A stretch of DNA of 64,000 bases from Mustelus asterias (Eukaryota). The position numbers and the translations under genes were made by a program. Shown here piece by piece: positions 1 to 11,539 of the stretch (position 1 is its first letter; each line of letters begins with the position of its first letter). The stretch covers positions 496,001 through 560,000 of the forward strand of contig NW_027590192.1 in assembly GCF_964213995.1 (NCBI RefSeq), read 5' to 3'. The notes beneath the pieces were generated by a model that saw nothing but the letters and a program-made list of their open reading frames with translations, did not search any database and was not told the origin of the DNA.

Positions 1-190
1 CTTATAAGAACATAAGAACTAGGAGCAGGAGTAGGCCATCTGGCCCCTCGAGCCTGCTCTGCCATTCAATAAGATCACGGCTGATCTTTTCGTGGACTGA
101 GCTCCACTTACCTGCTTGCTTACCATAACCCTTAATTCCTTTACTGTTCAAAAATTTATCTATCTTTGCCTTAAAAACATTCAATGAGGT
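1..190 (-). mobile_element. CR1-clade LINE 3' end fragment
   Basis: Reverse complement of a CR1 3' UTR with (TTCTTATG)-type tail; ORF 2..184 resembles the CR1 ORF2 C-terminus (FKAKIDKFL..KGIKGYG). Confidence 0.8.
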
Positions 191-199
191 ATTTATTTT

Positions 200-710
200 G
201 TTTGAGACTCTCCCACTCGTGAAAATATCTCACCATCTACCTTGTCAAGCCCCCTCAGGATCTTATATGTTTCAATCACCCCTTTGTCTTCAAAACTTCA
301 AGGAACACAGACCATGACAATTTCCTCCCTCTTGATAGGACAACCCTCCCATCCAGGAATTAGCCTGGTGAATTTCCTTTTGGACTATGTTGAATATTAC
401 TGTATCCTTGTTTATGGAAGGGGATGAAAACTGTATGCACTATTCCAGGTGAGGCATCACCAACACACTGTACAGTTGCAACAAAACCTCCCTGTTTTTA
501 AACTCCAACCCCTTTGCAATAAAAGCCAAAATGCCATTTTCCTTCTTACCTCATGTGGGACCTGCCTGCTAGCTTTTTGTGATTCATGCACAAGAACACC
601 AAGATCCCGCTGTACTTCACTCACCGGCAGCCCCTTTCCATTTAGATCATCATCCTGTTGATTCCTCTGACTGAAATACATGACCTCACACTTTAAACTC
701 CATTTGCCAT
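200..710 (-). mobile_element. Decayed CR1 ORF2 fragment
   Basis: QRDLGVLVHESQKASRQV motif in ORF 457..681; frameshifted. Confidence 0.75.
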
Positions 711-769
711 GTTTTGGAGACAGAGGGGTGACTTTATTGCATCTTCCCCAACTCTTGACTCATCTTTCC

Positions 770-1036
770 CAGGCCCTATCCCTGTAGCCCCACATTTTCA
801 CCCCACTAATCCACCTAATCTACATCTATAGGGACACAAAGGGGCAATTTAGCATGGCCAATCAATCTAACCCACACATCTTTGGACTGTGGGAAGAATC
901 TGGAGCACTCAGAAATCCACACAGACATGGAGAGAATGTGCATACTCCACACAGACTGTCACCCAAGGCCGGGATTGAACCTGGGTCCCTGGCACTGTGA
1001 AGCAGCAGTGCTAACCACTGTGCTGCCGTGGCGCCC
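770..1036 (-). mobile_element. tRNA-derived SINE (HE1/V-SINE type)
   Basis: Minus-strand head GGCGCCACGGCAGCACAGTGGTTAGCAC...GGTTCAATCCC with A/B boxes; many copies in the window. Confidence 0.85.
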
Positions 1037-1445
1037 TTTTTAAATAAACTACAAGTACAGATTTCTCTTGATCTACCCTCCTTCTCACATCCTCAAACAA
1101 TTCAAGGAAATTTGTCAAACATGATTTACCTTTCATAGAACAATGTGGACGAGGTTTGATTATATTCAGCTTTCCTAAATGATTAGCTATTTGCTCTTTG
1201 GTTATTGACTCCAGCGTCTTGCCAATAATAGATGTTAAATTAACTGACCTATAGTTCCCTGCCTTCTGCCTTCTCCCTTTTTGACCAAGGTCATCACATT
1301 GGCTGATTGCCAATCTTCTGATACTCTCCCGGAATCTAGGGAGTTACGAAAAATTTCAACAAAATTCTCCACAATCTCTTCAGCAACCTCCATTAAAAGC
1401 CTAGCGTGCAGTTCATTGGATCCTGGTGACTTGTCCACCCTTAGC
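1037..1445 (-). mobile_element. CR1 ORF2 fragment (RT N-terminal part)
   Basis: DKSPG, NYRSVNLTS and KGKSCLTNFLE motifs in ORFs 1011..1313 and 1235..1438. Confidence 0.8.
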
Positions 1446-1495
1446 CACTGAAGGGAAAGGAAGTGAGCCCAGTCTGTATATTTCAGACATTTTTG

Positions 1496-2985
1496 GTCCA
1501 GTCAGAGGGTAGTTCCAGCTGATTGGAAAACGGCTACTGTTACGCCGCTGTTTAAAAAAGGAAGTAGACAAAAGGCGGGTAACTACAGGCCGGTTAGCTT
1601 AACGTCTGTAGTTGGGAAAATGCTGGAATCCATCATTAAAGAAGGAATAGCAGGCCATCTGGATAAGAATGGTTCGATCAAGCAGACGCAGCATTGATTC
1701 ATGAGAGGAAAGTCGTGTTTGACGAACTTACTGGATTTTTATGAAGATGTGACTAGTGCGGTTGACGGAGGGGAACCAGTAGATGTGGTGTTTTTGGATT
1801 TCCAAAAGGCATTCGATAAGGTGCCTCACAAAAGGTTGCTGCAGAAGATTGGGGCACACGGAGTTGGGGGTAGGGTGTTAGCGTGGATTGGGGATTGGCT
1901 ATCTAACAGGAAGCAGAGAGTTGGAATAAATGGGTGCTTTTCTGGTTGGCAGATGGTGACTAGTGGCGTGCCGCAGGGATCGGTACTGGGGCCTCAACTG
2001 TTTACTATTTACAGAGATGATCTGGAGGAGGGGTCTGAGTGTAGGGTAACAAAGTTTGCTGATGACACGAAGATGAGTGGGAAAGTGAATTGCGTGGAGG
2101 AAGTGGAGGGTCTGCAGAGAGATTTGAATAGGCTGAGTGAGTGGGCGAGGATCTGGCAGATGGAGTATAACGTTAGCAAATGCGAGGTTATCCACTTTGG
2201 AAGAAATAATAGTAAATTGGTTTATTATTTAAATGGAAAAAAATTACAACATGCTACTGTGCAGAGGGACCTGGGGGTCCTTGTGCATGAGTCGCAAAAA
2301 CTCAGTCTGCAAGTACAACAGGTGATCAAGAAGGCAAATGGGATGTTGGTATTTATCACCAGGGGGATAGAATATAAAAGCAGAGAAGTCTTGCTGCATC
2401 TGTACAAGGCATTGGTGAGGCCGCAGCTGGAATACTGTGTGCAGTTTTGGTCCCCTTACTTGCGAAAGGATATATTGGCCTTGGAGGGAGTGCAGAGAAG
2501 GTTCACCAGGTTGATACCGGAGTTGAGGGGTGTAAATTATGAGGAGAGATTGAGCAGATTGGGTTTGTATTCGTTGGAGTTTAGAAGGTTGAGGGGTGAT
2601 CGTACAGAGGCATATAAAATAATGAAGGGGCTGGATAGGGTAGAAGTGGAGAGATTCTTTCCACTTAGAAAGGAAGCTGGAACTAGAGGGCACAGCCTCA
2701 AAATAAAGGGGGGTCAGTTTAGGACAGAGTTGAGGAGGAACTTCTTCTCTCAGAGGTGGTGAATCTCTGGAATTCTCTGCCCACTGAAGTGGTGGAGGCT
2801 ATCTCGTTGAATATGTTTAAATCACGGAGAGATGGATTCCTGATCGGTAAGGGAATTAGGGGTTATAGGGACCAGGCGGGTAAGTGGAACTGATCCACTT
2901 CAGATCAGCCATGATCGTATTGAATGGCGGGGCAGGCTCGAGGGGCTAGATGGCCTACTCCTGCTCCTATTTCTTATGTTCTTAT
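1496..2985 (+). mobile_element. 5'-truncated CR1 LINE with RT ORF 1701..2762
   Basis: [11 protein letters not shown] and KFADDTK RT motifs; 3' tail CCTATTTCTTATGTTCTTAT. Confidence 0.92.
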
Positions 2986-3578
2986 AAGCTGCAGGAAAGG
3001 ATGTCCCGAGGCATGGTACATTGGGGAGACAATGCAGATGTTACGACAACGGGTGAATGAACACCGCTCGACAATCACCAGGCAGGAGTGTTCTCTTCCT
3101 GTCGGGAAACACTTCAGCAGTCACGGGCACTCAGCCTCTGATCTTCGGGAAAGCGTTCTCCAAGGCGGCCTTCACAATACACGATAACGCAGAATCGCTG
3201 CGCAAAAACTGATAGCCAAGTTCCGCACACATGAGGACGGCCTAAACCGGGATCTTGGGTTCATGTCACACTATCTGTAACCCCCACGACTTGCCTGGAC
3301 TTGCAAAATCTCAGTAACTGTCCTGGCTGGAGACAATACACATCTCTTTAACCTGTGCTTAACCCTCTCTCCACTCACATTGTCTATACCTGTAAAGACT
3401 TGATTACCTGTAAAGACTCGCATTCCAACCATCATCTTGTAAATTGAGTCTGTCTCGATGTATGCCTTGTTTGTGAACAGAACTCTTCACTCACCTGAAG
3501 AAGAAGGAACACTCCGAAATCTTGTGCTACCAAATAAACCTGTAGGACTTTAACCTGGTGTTGTCAGACTTCTTACTG
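2986..3578 (+). mobile_element. Penelope-like element 3' fragment (GIY-YIG end plus pLTR with degenerate hammerhead)
   Basis: CRKGCPEAWYIGET..LRQRVNEH matches element 60653..61606; CTGAAGA..GAAA at 3495-3520. Confidence 0.88.
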
Positions 3579-3749
3579 GGTTCAATCGCACAGTCACTGG
3601 TTCCTCTCTCTGTCCCTGATGCTGATTATTCACTCTTTTACAGAATGATACAGCACAAATAGAAACCATTAGGCTCATTATCTCTGTACTGGCTCTCTGG
3701 AAGATCTATCCAATTAATTCCACAGCCAGAACAATGTATATCTGCTGTA

Positions 3750-5230
3750 GTATTCTGAGGCCTTAATGGAAAAGGTTTTCCAGTCGGATAGTTCTCAGAC
3801 ACAATCAGTCCTGTGGAAAGATTGATTGCCTAATTCATTGAGAAGATATAAAGTGCCCATTAAGCACATAAAGTGCCTGGCAGAGTTTAATTGTATATTT
3901 CTGCAGACCCCAAATACGGCAGTGACATTATCCTAAAGGGCCAATGGTTGAATTATGGAATTACAAAGAAAAAGCGTTCACGTCCTGAATCTTCATAATT
4001 ATTACTTGGCTGGGATGTTTCAGTATGAAAGAATCCTACGTCTCAGTCAGGCAAAAGGGGTCATGTCCGATGGACCTGTTAAAGACAAATAACTATTACA
4101 TTGCACTGGGGTTTATGTGATCATGTGTTGGTTTTATGAACAAGGTTTGTATCAGAGTGGAGCTGTGTGTTTGATTCTCCACAACAATTGTAGTATCCTT
4201 ACTAAATATCCACCATAATCGCAACAGTTAGCCCAGAACTCTGAGGTTATTGCGGTCACAGCCGTTCAAACTGTTACCGACATAATCATCAAATATTCTG
4301 AAAGCTACGTTGGTTGTAATTCCCTCAGAAAACCTACCCCTCTGGGGGAGGAAACACAACTTCTCCACAGCAGAAAGGAAACCACTGCTCACCACTCCAA
4401 ACTCTGAATGATTGGGAATGTTACTGGATGTCCAGGACAAATTGCTATTTGCCAGGTGAAGGTGGATCAGCAGCAGGAGTTAGTGAAGAGAGTGATGGTA
4501 ATAACCAGGCAGACTGACTCACCAGGAAAGCTGCTCGAGAGGAGATTCCATGGGATCCACCCAAAACACAATCATTGGGACTGGTACGACAGACTCCAGT
4601 TATATGTCATTTAAAAACTTGTCAGGACACTGACCTAAGATGACTGTGGGTAAAAAGGGTTGGCACCATAGAGAAAACTTTCCCTCATCATTCACAGCAA
4701 GTAAGGACTCACTCATCTGACACAATGAAGTTTTCTTTCACAAATATGGTTTAACTTTGACTTCAGTCACAACTCGATGGCTTAGAAAGGAATTAGTATA
4801 TTTGATGGATCAAAGCAAGGCGTATTTCTTGTTTTTTGACTCCTCAATATTATACAACATGATCACAATATCAGTGGCTGAGGAGACATCAGAATGTCCA
4901 TCAGCACCTGAAGCTGTGCCTCATGTGTTCAAACTAATCAGATTCTGCAAAATGCATTGTCCCAATTAACTTGTTCCACATTATTGATGTTCCCTGGGAA
5001 ACACTGCAGCTTGATTATACAGGCCCACTCTCCACACTAAGAGGAGACTGGTAGATCCTGCTAATTACAGCGATGTTTACCTGGTGGATTGAAACCTTTC
5101 CTGTTTGTAAAAATGATGCAGACACAATAGCTAAAATCCTGGATGAGGCTTCCTGAAATGGATGGAGAATGACAATAGTTCTCATTTCACAGCAGAAATA
5201 GTGTAATCGCTCTCCAAAAGGAAAAATCCA
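3750..5230 (+). mobile_element. Decayed LTR retroelement/ERV pol remnant (integrase core)
   Basis: Manual translation gives VPWETLQLDYTGPLS (4989-5033), MFTWWIETFP..ADTIAKIL and DNSSHFTAEIV, matching the integrase DDE core. Confidence 0.75.
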
Positions 5231-5346
5231 GAAGAATAATTTTGAAAAAAAGTTGATTAATTTCATATTTATCCAGTTGAGTTAGGATGGTTATTACTGT
5301 CAGAAACAAAACCTGACTCTCAGAATGAACATTGTTCAGTCCAACT

Positions 5347-5565
5347 GGGTGGCATGGTGGCACTGTGGCTAGCACTGCTGCCTCACAGCGCCAGGGGCCC
5401 GGGTGTGATTCCCGGCTTGGGTCACTGTCTTGTGGAGTCAGCACGTTCTCCCCGTGTCTGCGTGGGTTTCCTCCGGATGTTCTGGTTTCCTCCCACATTC
5501 CGAAAGATGTGCTGGTTAGGTGCATTGGCTATGCTAAATTCTCCCAAATTCAGTGTACCCGAACA
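5347..5565 (+). mobile_element. tRNA-derived SINE (HE1/V-SINE type)
   Basis: GGTGGCATGGTGGCACTGTGGCTAGCACTGCTGCCTCACAG head and conserved body. Confidence 0.85.
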
Positions 5566-6620
5566 GGCAAATTTAGCAACCATACCTTCAATTCCTTCAT
5601 CTGAGTTATTGATATAAATGGTAAAAAGGTTGAGGTCCCAGCATTGATCCCTGTGGCACACCGCTCGTCACATCCAGCCAACTGGAAAAAGACCCATTTA
5701 TGCCAATCCTGTTTCCTGTTAACTCGCCAATCTTCTTTCCGTGCCAATATGTTACCATTCCCCCCGCCCCACTAGGAGTTTTCATTTTCCACAATAACCT
5801 TATAAATGCATTCTGGAAATCTCAGTACATTCACCTTTCTGCACCTTTGGTTCCCGTTTATCCACAGCACGTGTGACTCCTTCAAAGAACTGAAAAAATA
5901 GATTGAATATGATTTCCCTTTCTCAAAACCATGTTGACTCTCCTTCATAGCCTGGATTTTTCTCACTGCCATGCTGTAACATATTTAATAATAGCTTCTA
6001 ACATTTTTCCTACGGCATGTTAAGTTAACTGTCCTGTAGATTCCTGCTTTTGGTCTCTCTCCTTCTTTGAATAAAGGAGTTACATTTGCAACTTTCTAAT
6101 CTAATGGAACTTCCACCAAAACCGGGGAATTTTGGAAAATTAAAAACAATGCATCAACTATCTCACCCCAGTCGTTTCTACCCCTCTTCAGCTAAAGAAC
6201 AGCCATATGGCCTCAAAATTTCAACTCTGTTTCTCCCTCCACAGGTGCTGCCAGACCTGCTGAGTCTTTCCAGCATTTTCTGTTTTTATTTCAGATTTTC
6301 AGTATCCGCAATACTTTGCTTTTATCTGACGAGCTGCTTCTTTTCAGAGCCGAGAATGAAGTCCATCAGGGTCCGGGATTTGTCAGCCGACAGCTCCAAC
6401 TATTTGCTCAGTACCACTTCATAAGTGACAGCAGTTTTCCTGAGTTCCTCTCTCCCTTCCACACCCTGATGAGATATTACTTCTATCCTCGATACTATCG
6501 GGTAGAGTACTAAACTATAGTGAAGACTGATACAAAGTACCTGTTGAATTCATCTGCCATCTCCTCACTTTCCATTATTAATTCCCCAGAGTCACTTTCT
6601 CTTGGACCAACATTCACTTG
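5566..6620 (-). mobile_element. Decayed CR1 ORF2 fragment interrupted by a Penelope pLTR piece (about 6175-6325)
   Basis: [13 protein letters not shown] and SQHGFEKGKS motifs; the insert matches 46290-46416. Confidence 0.7.
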
Positions 6621-6660
6621 GATAACTCTTTTTATTTAAATATCCAGAGAAATGTTTACA

Positions 6661-7903
6661 GAACAAAGAGAATTACAGCACAGGAACAGGCCCTTCTGCC
6701 CTCCATGGTCCTGCACCGACCATGCTGCCTGACTGAACTAAAACCTCCTACCCTTCCAGGGACCATATCCCTCTATTCCCATCCTATTCATGTAAAGTCA
6801 AGACGCCCCTTAAAACTCACTACCGTATCCACTTCCACTACCTCCCCCGGCAACGAGTTCCAGGCACCCACTACTCTCTGTGTAAAAAATCTGCCTCGTA
6901 CATCTCCTTTAAATCTTGCCCCGCACACCTTAAACCTGTGCCCCCTAGTAATTGACTCTTCCACCTTAGGAAAAAGCTTCTGACTATCCACTCTGTCCAT
7001 GACTCTCATAATCTTGTAGACTTCTATCAGGTCGCCCCTCAACCTCCGTCATTCCAGTGAGAACAAACCAAGTTTCTCCAACCTCTCCTCATAGCTAATG
7101 CCCTCCATACCAGGCAACATCCTGGTAAATCTTTTCTGTACCCCCTCCAAAGCCTCCACATCCTTCTGGTAGTGTGGCGACCAGAATTGAACACTATATT
7201 CCAAGTGCGGCCTAACTAAGGTTCTATAAAGCTGCAACATGACTTGCCAATTTTTAAACTCAATACCCCGGCCGATGAAGGCAAGCATGCCGTATGCCTT
7301 CTTGACTACCTTCTCCACCTGCATTGCCACTTTCAATGACCTGTGTACCTGTACACCCAGATCCCTTTGCCCATCAATACTCTTAAGGGTTCTGCCATTT
7401 ACTGTATATTTCCTATCTGTATTAGACCTTCCAAAATGCATTACCTCACATTTGTCCGGATTAAACTTCATCTGCCATTTCTCCGCCCAAGTCTCCAACT
7501 GATCTATATCCTGCTGTATCCTCTGATGGTCCTCATCGCTATCTGCAAATCCACCAACCTTTGTGTCGTCCGCAAACTTACTAATCAATCCAGTTACATT
7601 TTCCTCCAAATCATTTATATATATTACAAACAGCAAAGGTCCCAGCACTGATCCCTGAGGAACACCACTTGTCACAGCCCTCTATTCAGAAACACTTCCA
7701 CTGCTACCCTCTGTCTTCTTTGACCGAGCCAGTTTTGTATTCACCTCGCTAGCTCACCTCTGATCCCATGCGACTTCACTTTCTGCACCAGTCTGCCGTG
7801 AGGGACCTTGTCAAAGGCCTTACTGAAGTCCATGTAGACACCATCCACTGCCCTACCCTCATCAATCATCTTCATCACTTCCTCGAAAAACTCGATCAAG
7901 TTC
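6661..7903 (-). mobile_element. 5'-truncated CR1 LINE
   Basis: RT ORFs 7049..7675 and 6788..7042; 3' tail at 6661. Confidence 0.9.
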
Positions 7904-7959
7904 GAAAAATATTCACATCGTGAATATTTTTAATAACTCTAATACAAGTCAGTTCCTTT

Positions 7960-8165
7960 TGAAGGGCTCTCCCCTGTTTCCTCTATCCTCACCTCCAACA
8001 ACAAGTGTGAGGAGCTCATGGAAGTACTTTGTCACTAAGATTGAGATAATCCAATCAGCTGTCTCTGTTGCTTTGCTCCATTCCATTAGCCCAATGGGCC
8101 AAACTGTCTCTAAACATCCCTCTTGTCTGAGCCCCGAACTCCCACTTTTCTCCATCCAGTCTCCA
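7960..8165 (+). mobile_element. L2-like LINE fragment
   Basis: Homologous inverted copy at about 53130-53330; L2 assignment from memory. Confidence 0.5.
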
Positions 8166-8169
8166 CACA

Positions 8170-8850
8170 CACCAGTGGGTTCATACTGAAGAGAGAGGAT
8201 TTAAATGCTGAGACTGTGACAGGAGCTTTAAAAACCCACATTCACTGATGGTTCACCAGTGTATTCAGTCCGTTCCACTCCACTCATCTGCTCTCAGTGC
8301 AGGGAGAGGTTCAAGCGATTGTCCATCCTGCAGCAACAGCAGAGAGTTCACACCAGGGAGAGGTCATTCACCTGCTCCATGTGTGGGAAGCAATTCACTG
8401 ATTCATTCGTTTTGTTAACACACCAGTGAGTTCACACTGATGGAATGTGTTTCAAATGTCTGGATTGTGGGAAATGTTTTAAAATTTCTATGAATCTGAT
8501 GTGCTATCAGCAGGTTCACACTGACAGCAGACCATCCAGAGTCTCTCACTATGGGACTGGGTTCAGCTGGACATGTGAACTCAGTGTCCACCAGTGCACT
8601 CACTCTGGGAGAGGCTGTTCACTTGCTCCATGTTTAGCAAGAGATTTACTCAGTCATCCCACTTCACTGCACATCAACTTGTTCACACTGATAAGGAACT
8701 TTTTCAAACTTCTGACTGTGAGCAGAGCTTTAAATGCAAAATGTATCTGCTGATACACAAACACATTCACAGGCTGTTCACCTGCTCCATGTGAGAAGAG
8801 ATTCATTCGGTTACCTCACATTCTGACACACCAGCAAGTTCATAAGTTAC
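8170..8850 (+). pseudogene. C2H2 zinc-finger pseudogene (about 8 decayed fingers)
   Basis: CLDCGKCF and HTGER-like linkers with many stops and frameshifts; followed by the family 3' element. Confidence 0.9.
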
Positions 8851-9329
8851 TACAGGGGCTGGATTCTGCTGTTATTGCTGCTGCTGTGAATCACATTCAG
8901 GACTGGACTATGTTCATTCTGATATTTGGAGTTTGTTTCTGATTATGTTAATAATCCCTGTAACTGGACTGGAGTTTAATATTCCAAATAAATGTGAAAT
9001 AAAACAGTGATATTTGAATACATAGTTGCAGATGTTCGTCTTTCCCAGCTGAATGTTTAACATTGCCGGCTGGAGCTCAGAAGGGGCAATCTGGGGGAGG
9101 TTCACACAGCAGGAACAGAACTGCAGTCTGTTCCTGCCATAGGGTCACACTGAGAGGGACAAACAGCACTTTGGACTTTCTCATCTCTCTTCACTGACAG
9201 CAAAGTGGGTTAATCCTGAGGTGTGTAAGAAATGTGTCCCAACTGCTCTTTTCTATAGTCCAGAGCTCCTAAACATGGAACAGAAGACTCTTTTATAACT
9301 ATGTTTCGAGTCAGGTGAACAATTGTGAA

Positions 9330-9505
9330 AGAAAATCAAAATATTACAGATGCTGGAAATCGGAAATAAAAACAAAGCAGGTTTGGTAGCATCGCTGCAG
9401 AAACAGAGCTAATGTTTTGGAACTGAAGAGTCATATTGGACTGGAAACATTGACTCTGTCTTTACAAATACCGTCACAGCTGCCGAGAGTTTGCAACAAT
9501 TTTGA
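9330..9505. mobile_element. Hairpin-shaped Penelope pLTR relic with hammerhead remnant
   Basis: Inverted arms around CTGAAGAGTCATATTGGACTGGAAACATTG; absent from the paralogous flank at about 40490. Confidence 0.55.
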
Positions 9506-9839
9506 ACAACGGTGAAGGCTGGAAACATGCTGTCAAATCAAAGTTTAGTGTGAAACTGGGACGTGTTCCTGACTGAAAGTGAAAGAGCAAGTTTAAATTC
9601 CCAGACTGACAAATGATTGTGCACACTATTTCAAGGAAGGTGTTAATTAATTTAAAATAAGCCTGTTTAAATATATTTTCATAGAAAATAGGAACAGGAG
9701 TAAGCCATTCTCGGCCAGGCCAGTCATTATGATCATGGACCACAAAAGATGTATTTGTATTTGACAATATCAAGTGGCAATGGCGGTGCCATTACCCAGC
9801 GTGCACCGAGAGGGTGACGATACCCTATCTTCAATACTG

Positions 9840-10240
9840 GAGATCATTGCGCAGACTCAGTGCCTCTCTGACTGGAGCATGCGCAGTGCGGTGTAGGCAG
9901 TGGTCGGACGGGGTGGTGTCGGAGCAGCAGGGAGACCAGAAACTGATTGTAGACACCGGGTGAGTGAGATTAAATGGAGCCTGAGAGTCAAAAGGGAGGA
10001 CTCATAAGCACCCGGTATAGGAAGCGGAGCTTTCATAAACATCGGATATTAGCTTCAAACCACAAATAAGACGCCCGAGGCCCTGCCTGACCGATTTTGC
10101 AGCCTCCATCTTTCGAGAACAATGGGCAGCGTGACCGCCATATTTATTGGGGGCAATGGACAGCAGGGCGGTGGCCATCTTTATAGGGGGCAATGGGCAA
10201 CAGGGCGCATGTGCAGCCGCCACCTCGATTGGAGGCAGTG
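9840..10240 (+). promoter_or_regulatory. CpG-rich promoter P1 and non-coding first exon
   Basis: GCATGCGCA (NRF1-like), GGAAGCGG, antisense YY1-like GCCAT motifs, splice donor CGG|GTGAGT at 9960. Confidence 0.6.
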
Positions 10241-10440
10241 GGCATTGATTCCAGAAGTTAGTTCCTGGCCTCCAGAATTGGTCTCTTTTTCATTAAGCCA
10301 CAGAAACATTGAATTATTACACTACAGAAAATGACTAACCCATCATGCATTTGCTGGTTCTCTACAAGGGAATCAGCTCATCCCACTACCCTGTCTTTTC
10401 ACTAACAAGACCAACAGAAAATATTTCCCATCCCCAAAAC

Positions 10441-10782
10441 GGGCGGCACGGTAGCACAGTGGTTAGCACTGCTGCTTCACAGCTCCAGGGACCTGGGTTC
10501 GATTCCTGGCTTGGGTCACTGTCTGTGCGGAGTTTGCACATTCTCCTCGTGTCTGTGTGGGTTTCCTCTGGGTGTTCTGGTTTCCTTCCACAGTCCAAAG
10601 ATGTGCCGGTTAGGTTGATTGGCTATGCTAAAATAAAATTGCCCCTGAGTGTCCTGGGATGCGTAGATTAGAGGGATTAGCGGGTAAAATATGTAGGGAT
10701 ATGGGGGTAGGGCCTGGGTGGGATTGTGGTTGGTGCAGACTCGATGGGCCGAATGGCCTCTTTCTGCACTGTAGGGTTTCTC
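10441..10782 (+). mobile_element. Full-length HE1-type SINE with CR1-like tail
   Basis: Intact A/B boxes and tail GGCCGAATGGCCTCTTTCTGCACTGTAG. Confidence 0.9.
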
Positions 10783-11539
10783 TGAAATTACCTGTGGAGA
10801 AGATTATGTTTTATCTTCTTGAACAGCTGCAGTCCATGTGGTGAAGGTGCTCCCCTTTAGGTCAAGAGTTACAGGCTATTCACCCAGTGATGATGAAGGG
10901 ACAGTGATACATCTCCAAATCAATAATTACAATGTGTATTTATACAGCATCTTTCATGTACTGGAGCATTCTGAGGCGTTTCTCAGGTGTGTTATAAAGC
11001 AACATTTGACATAGAGTCATGTGAGCAGACATGAGGGTGGATGGGTAAAGGTTTGGTTAAAGAGGTAGTTTTAATGAGTATCTTAAAGGAAGGATGACAC
11101 AGAGGGGGAGCAGGGGGGGGGGAGTATGACACAGAGGGGGAGTATCTTAAAGGAAGGATGACACAGAGGGGGAGCAGTTTAGGGGGAAATTCCGAAGATT
11201 ATGGCCTTGGTAACTGGGAGTGCGGACACGTATGATGGAGTGATTAAAACTGTGAATGCTGAGGAAGCCGGAATGAAAGGAATGCAGAGATATTGGAGGG
11301 TTGTGAGGCGAGAGGAGATTACAGAGATGGGGAGGGGTGAAACCATGGAGGGACTTGAGAACAAGGATGAGAAATTTAAAATGTTGATTCATAAACAGGA
11401 GCCTTTGTGGTGGGTGAACAAGATTTGGAATGAGTAAACACGTGGGCAGCAGGATTGTGATGACCTCAAGTTAATAGACAGGTTGAGTGAGGGAGACCGG
11501 CCAGGGGTGTGTTAGAATGATTAAGTCTAATGGTAACAA

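Noticed and set aside
11085-11175. 35-bp local duplication with a poly-G run
   Set aside because: Slippage or assembly artefact within an L2 fragment
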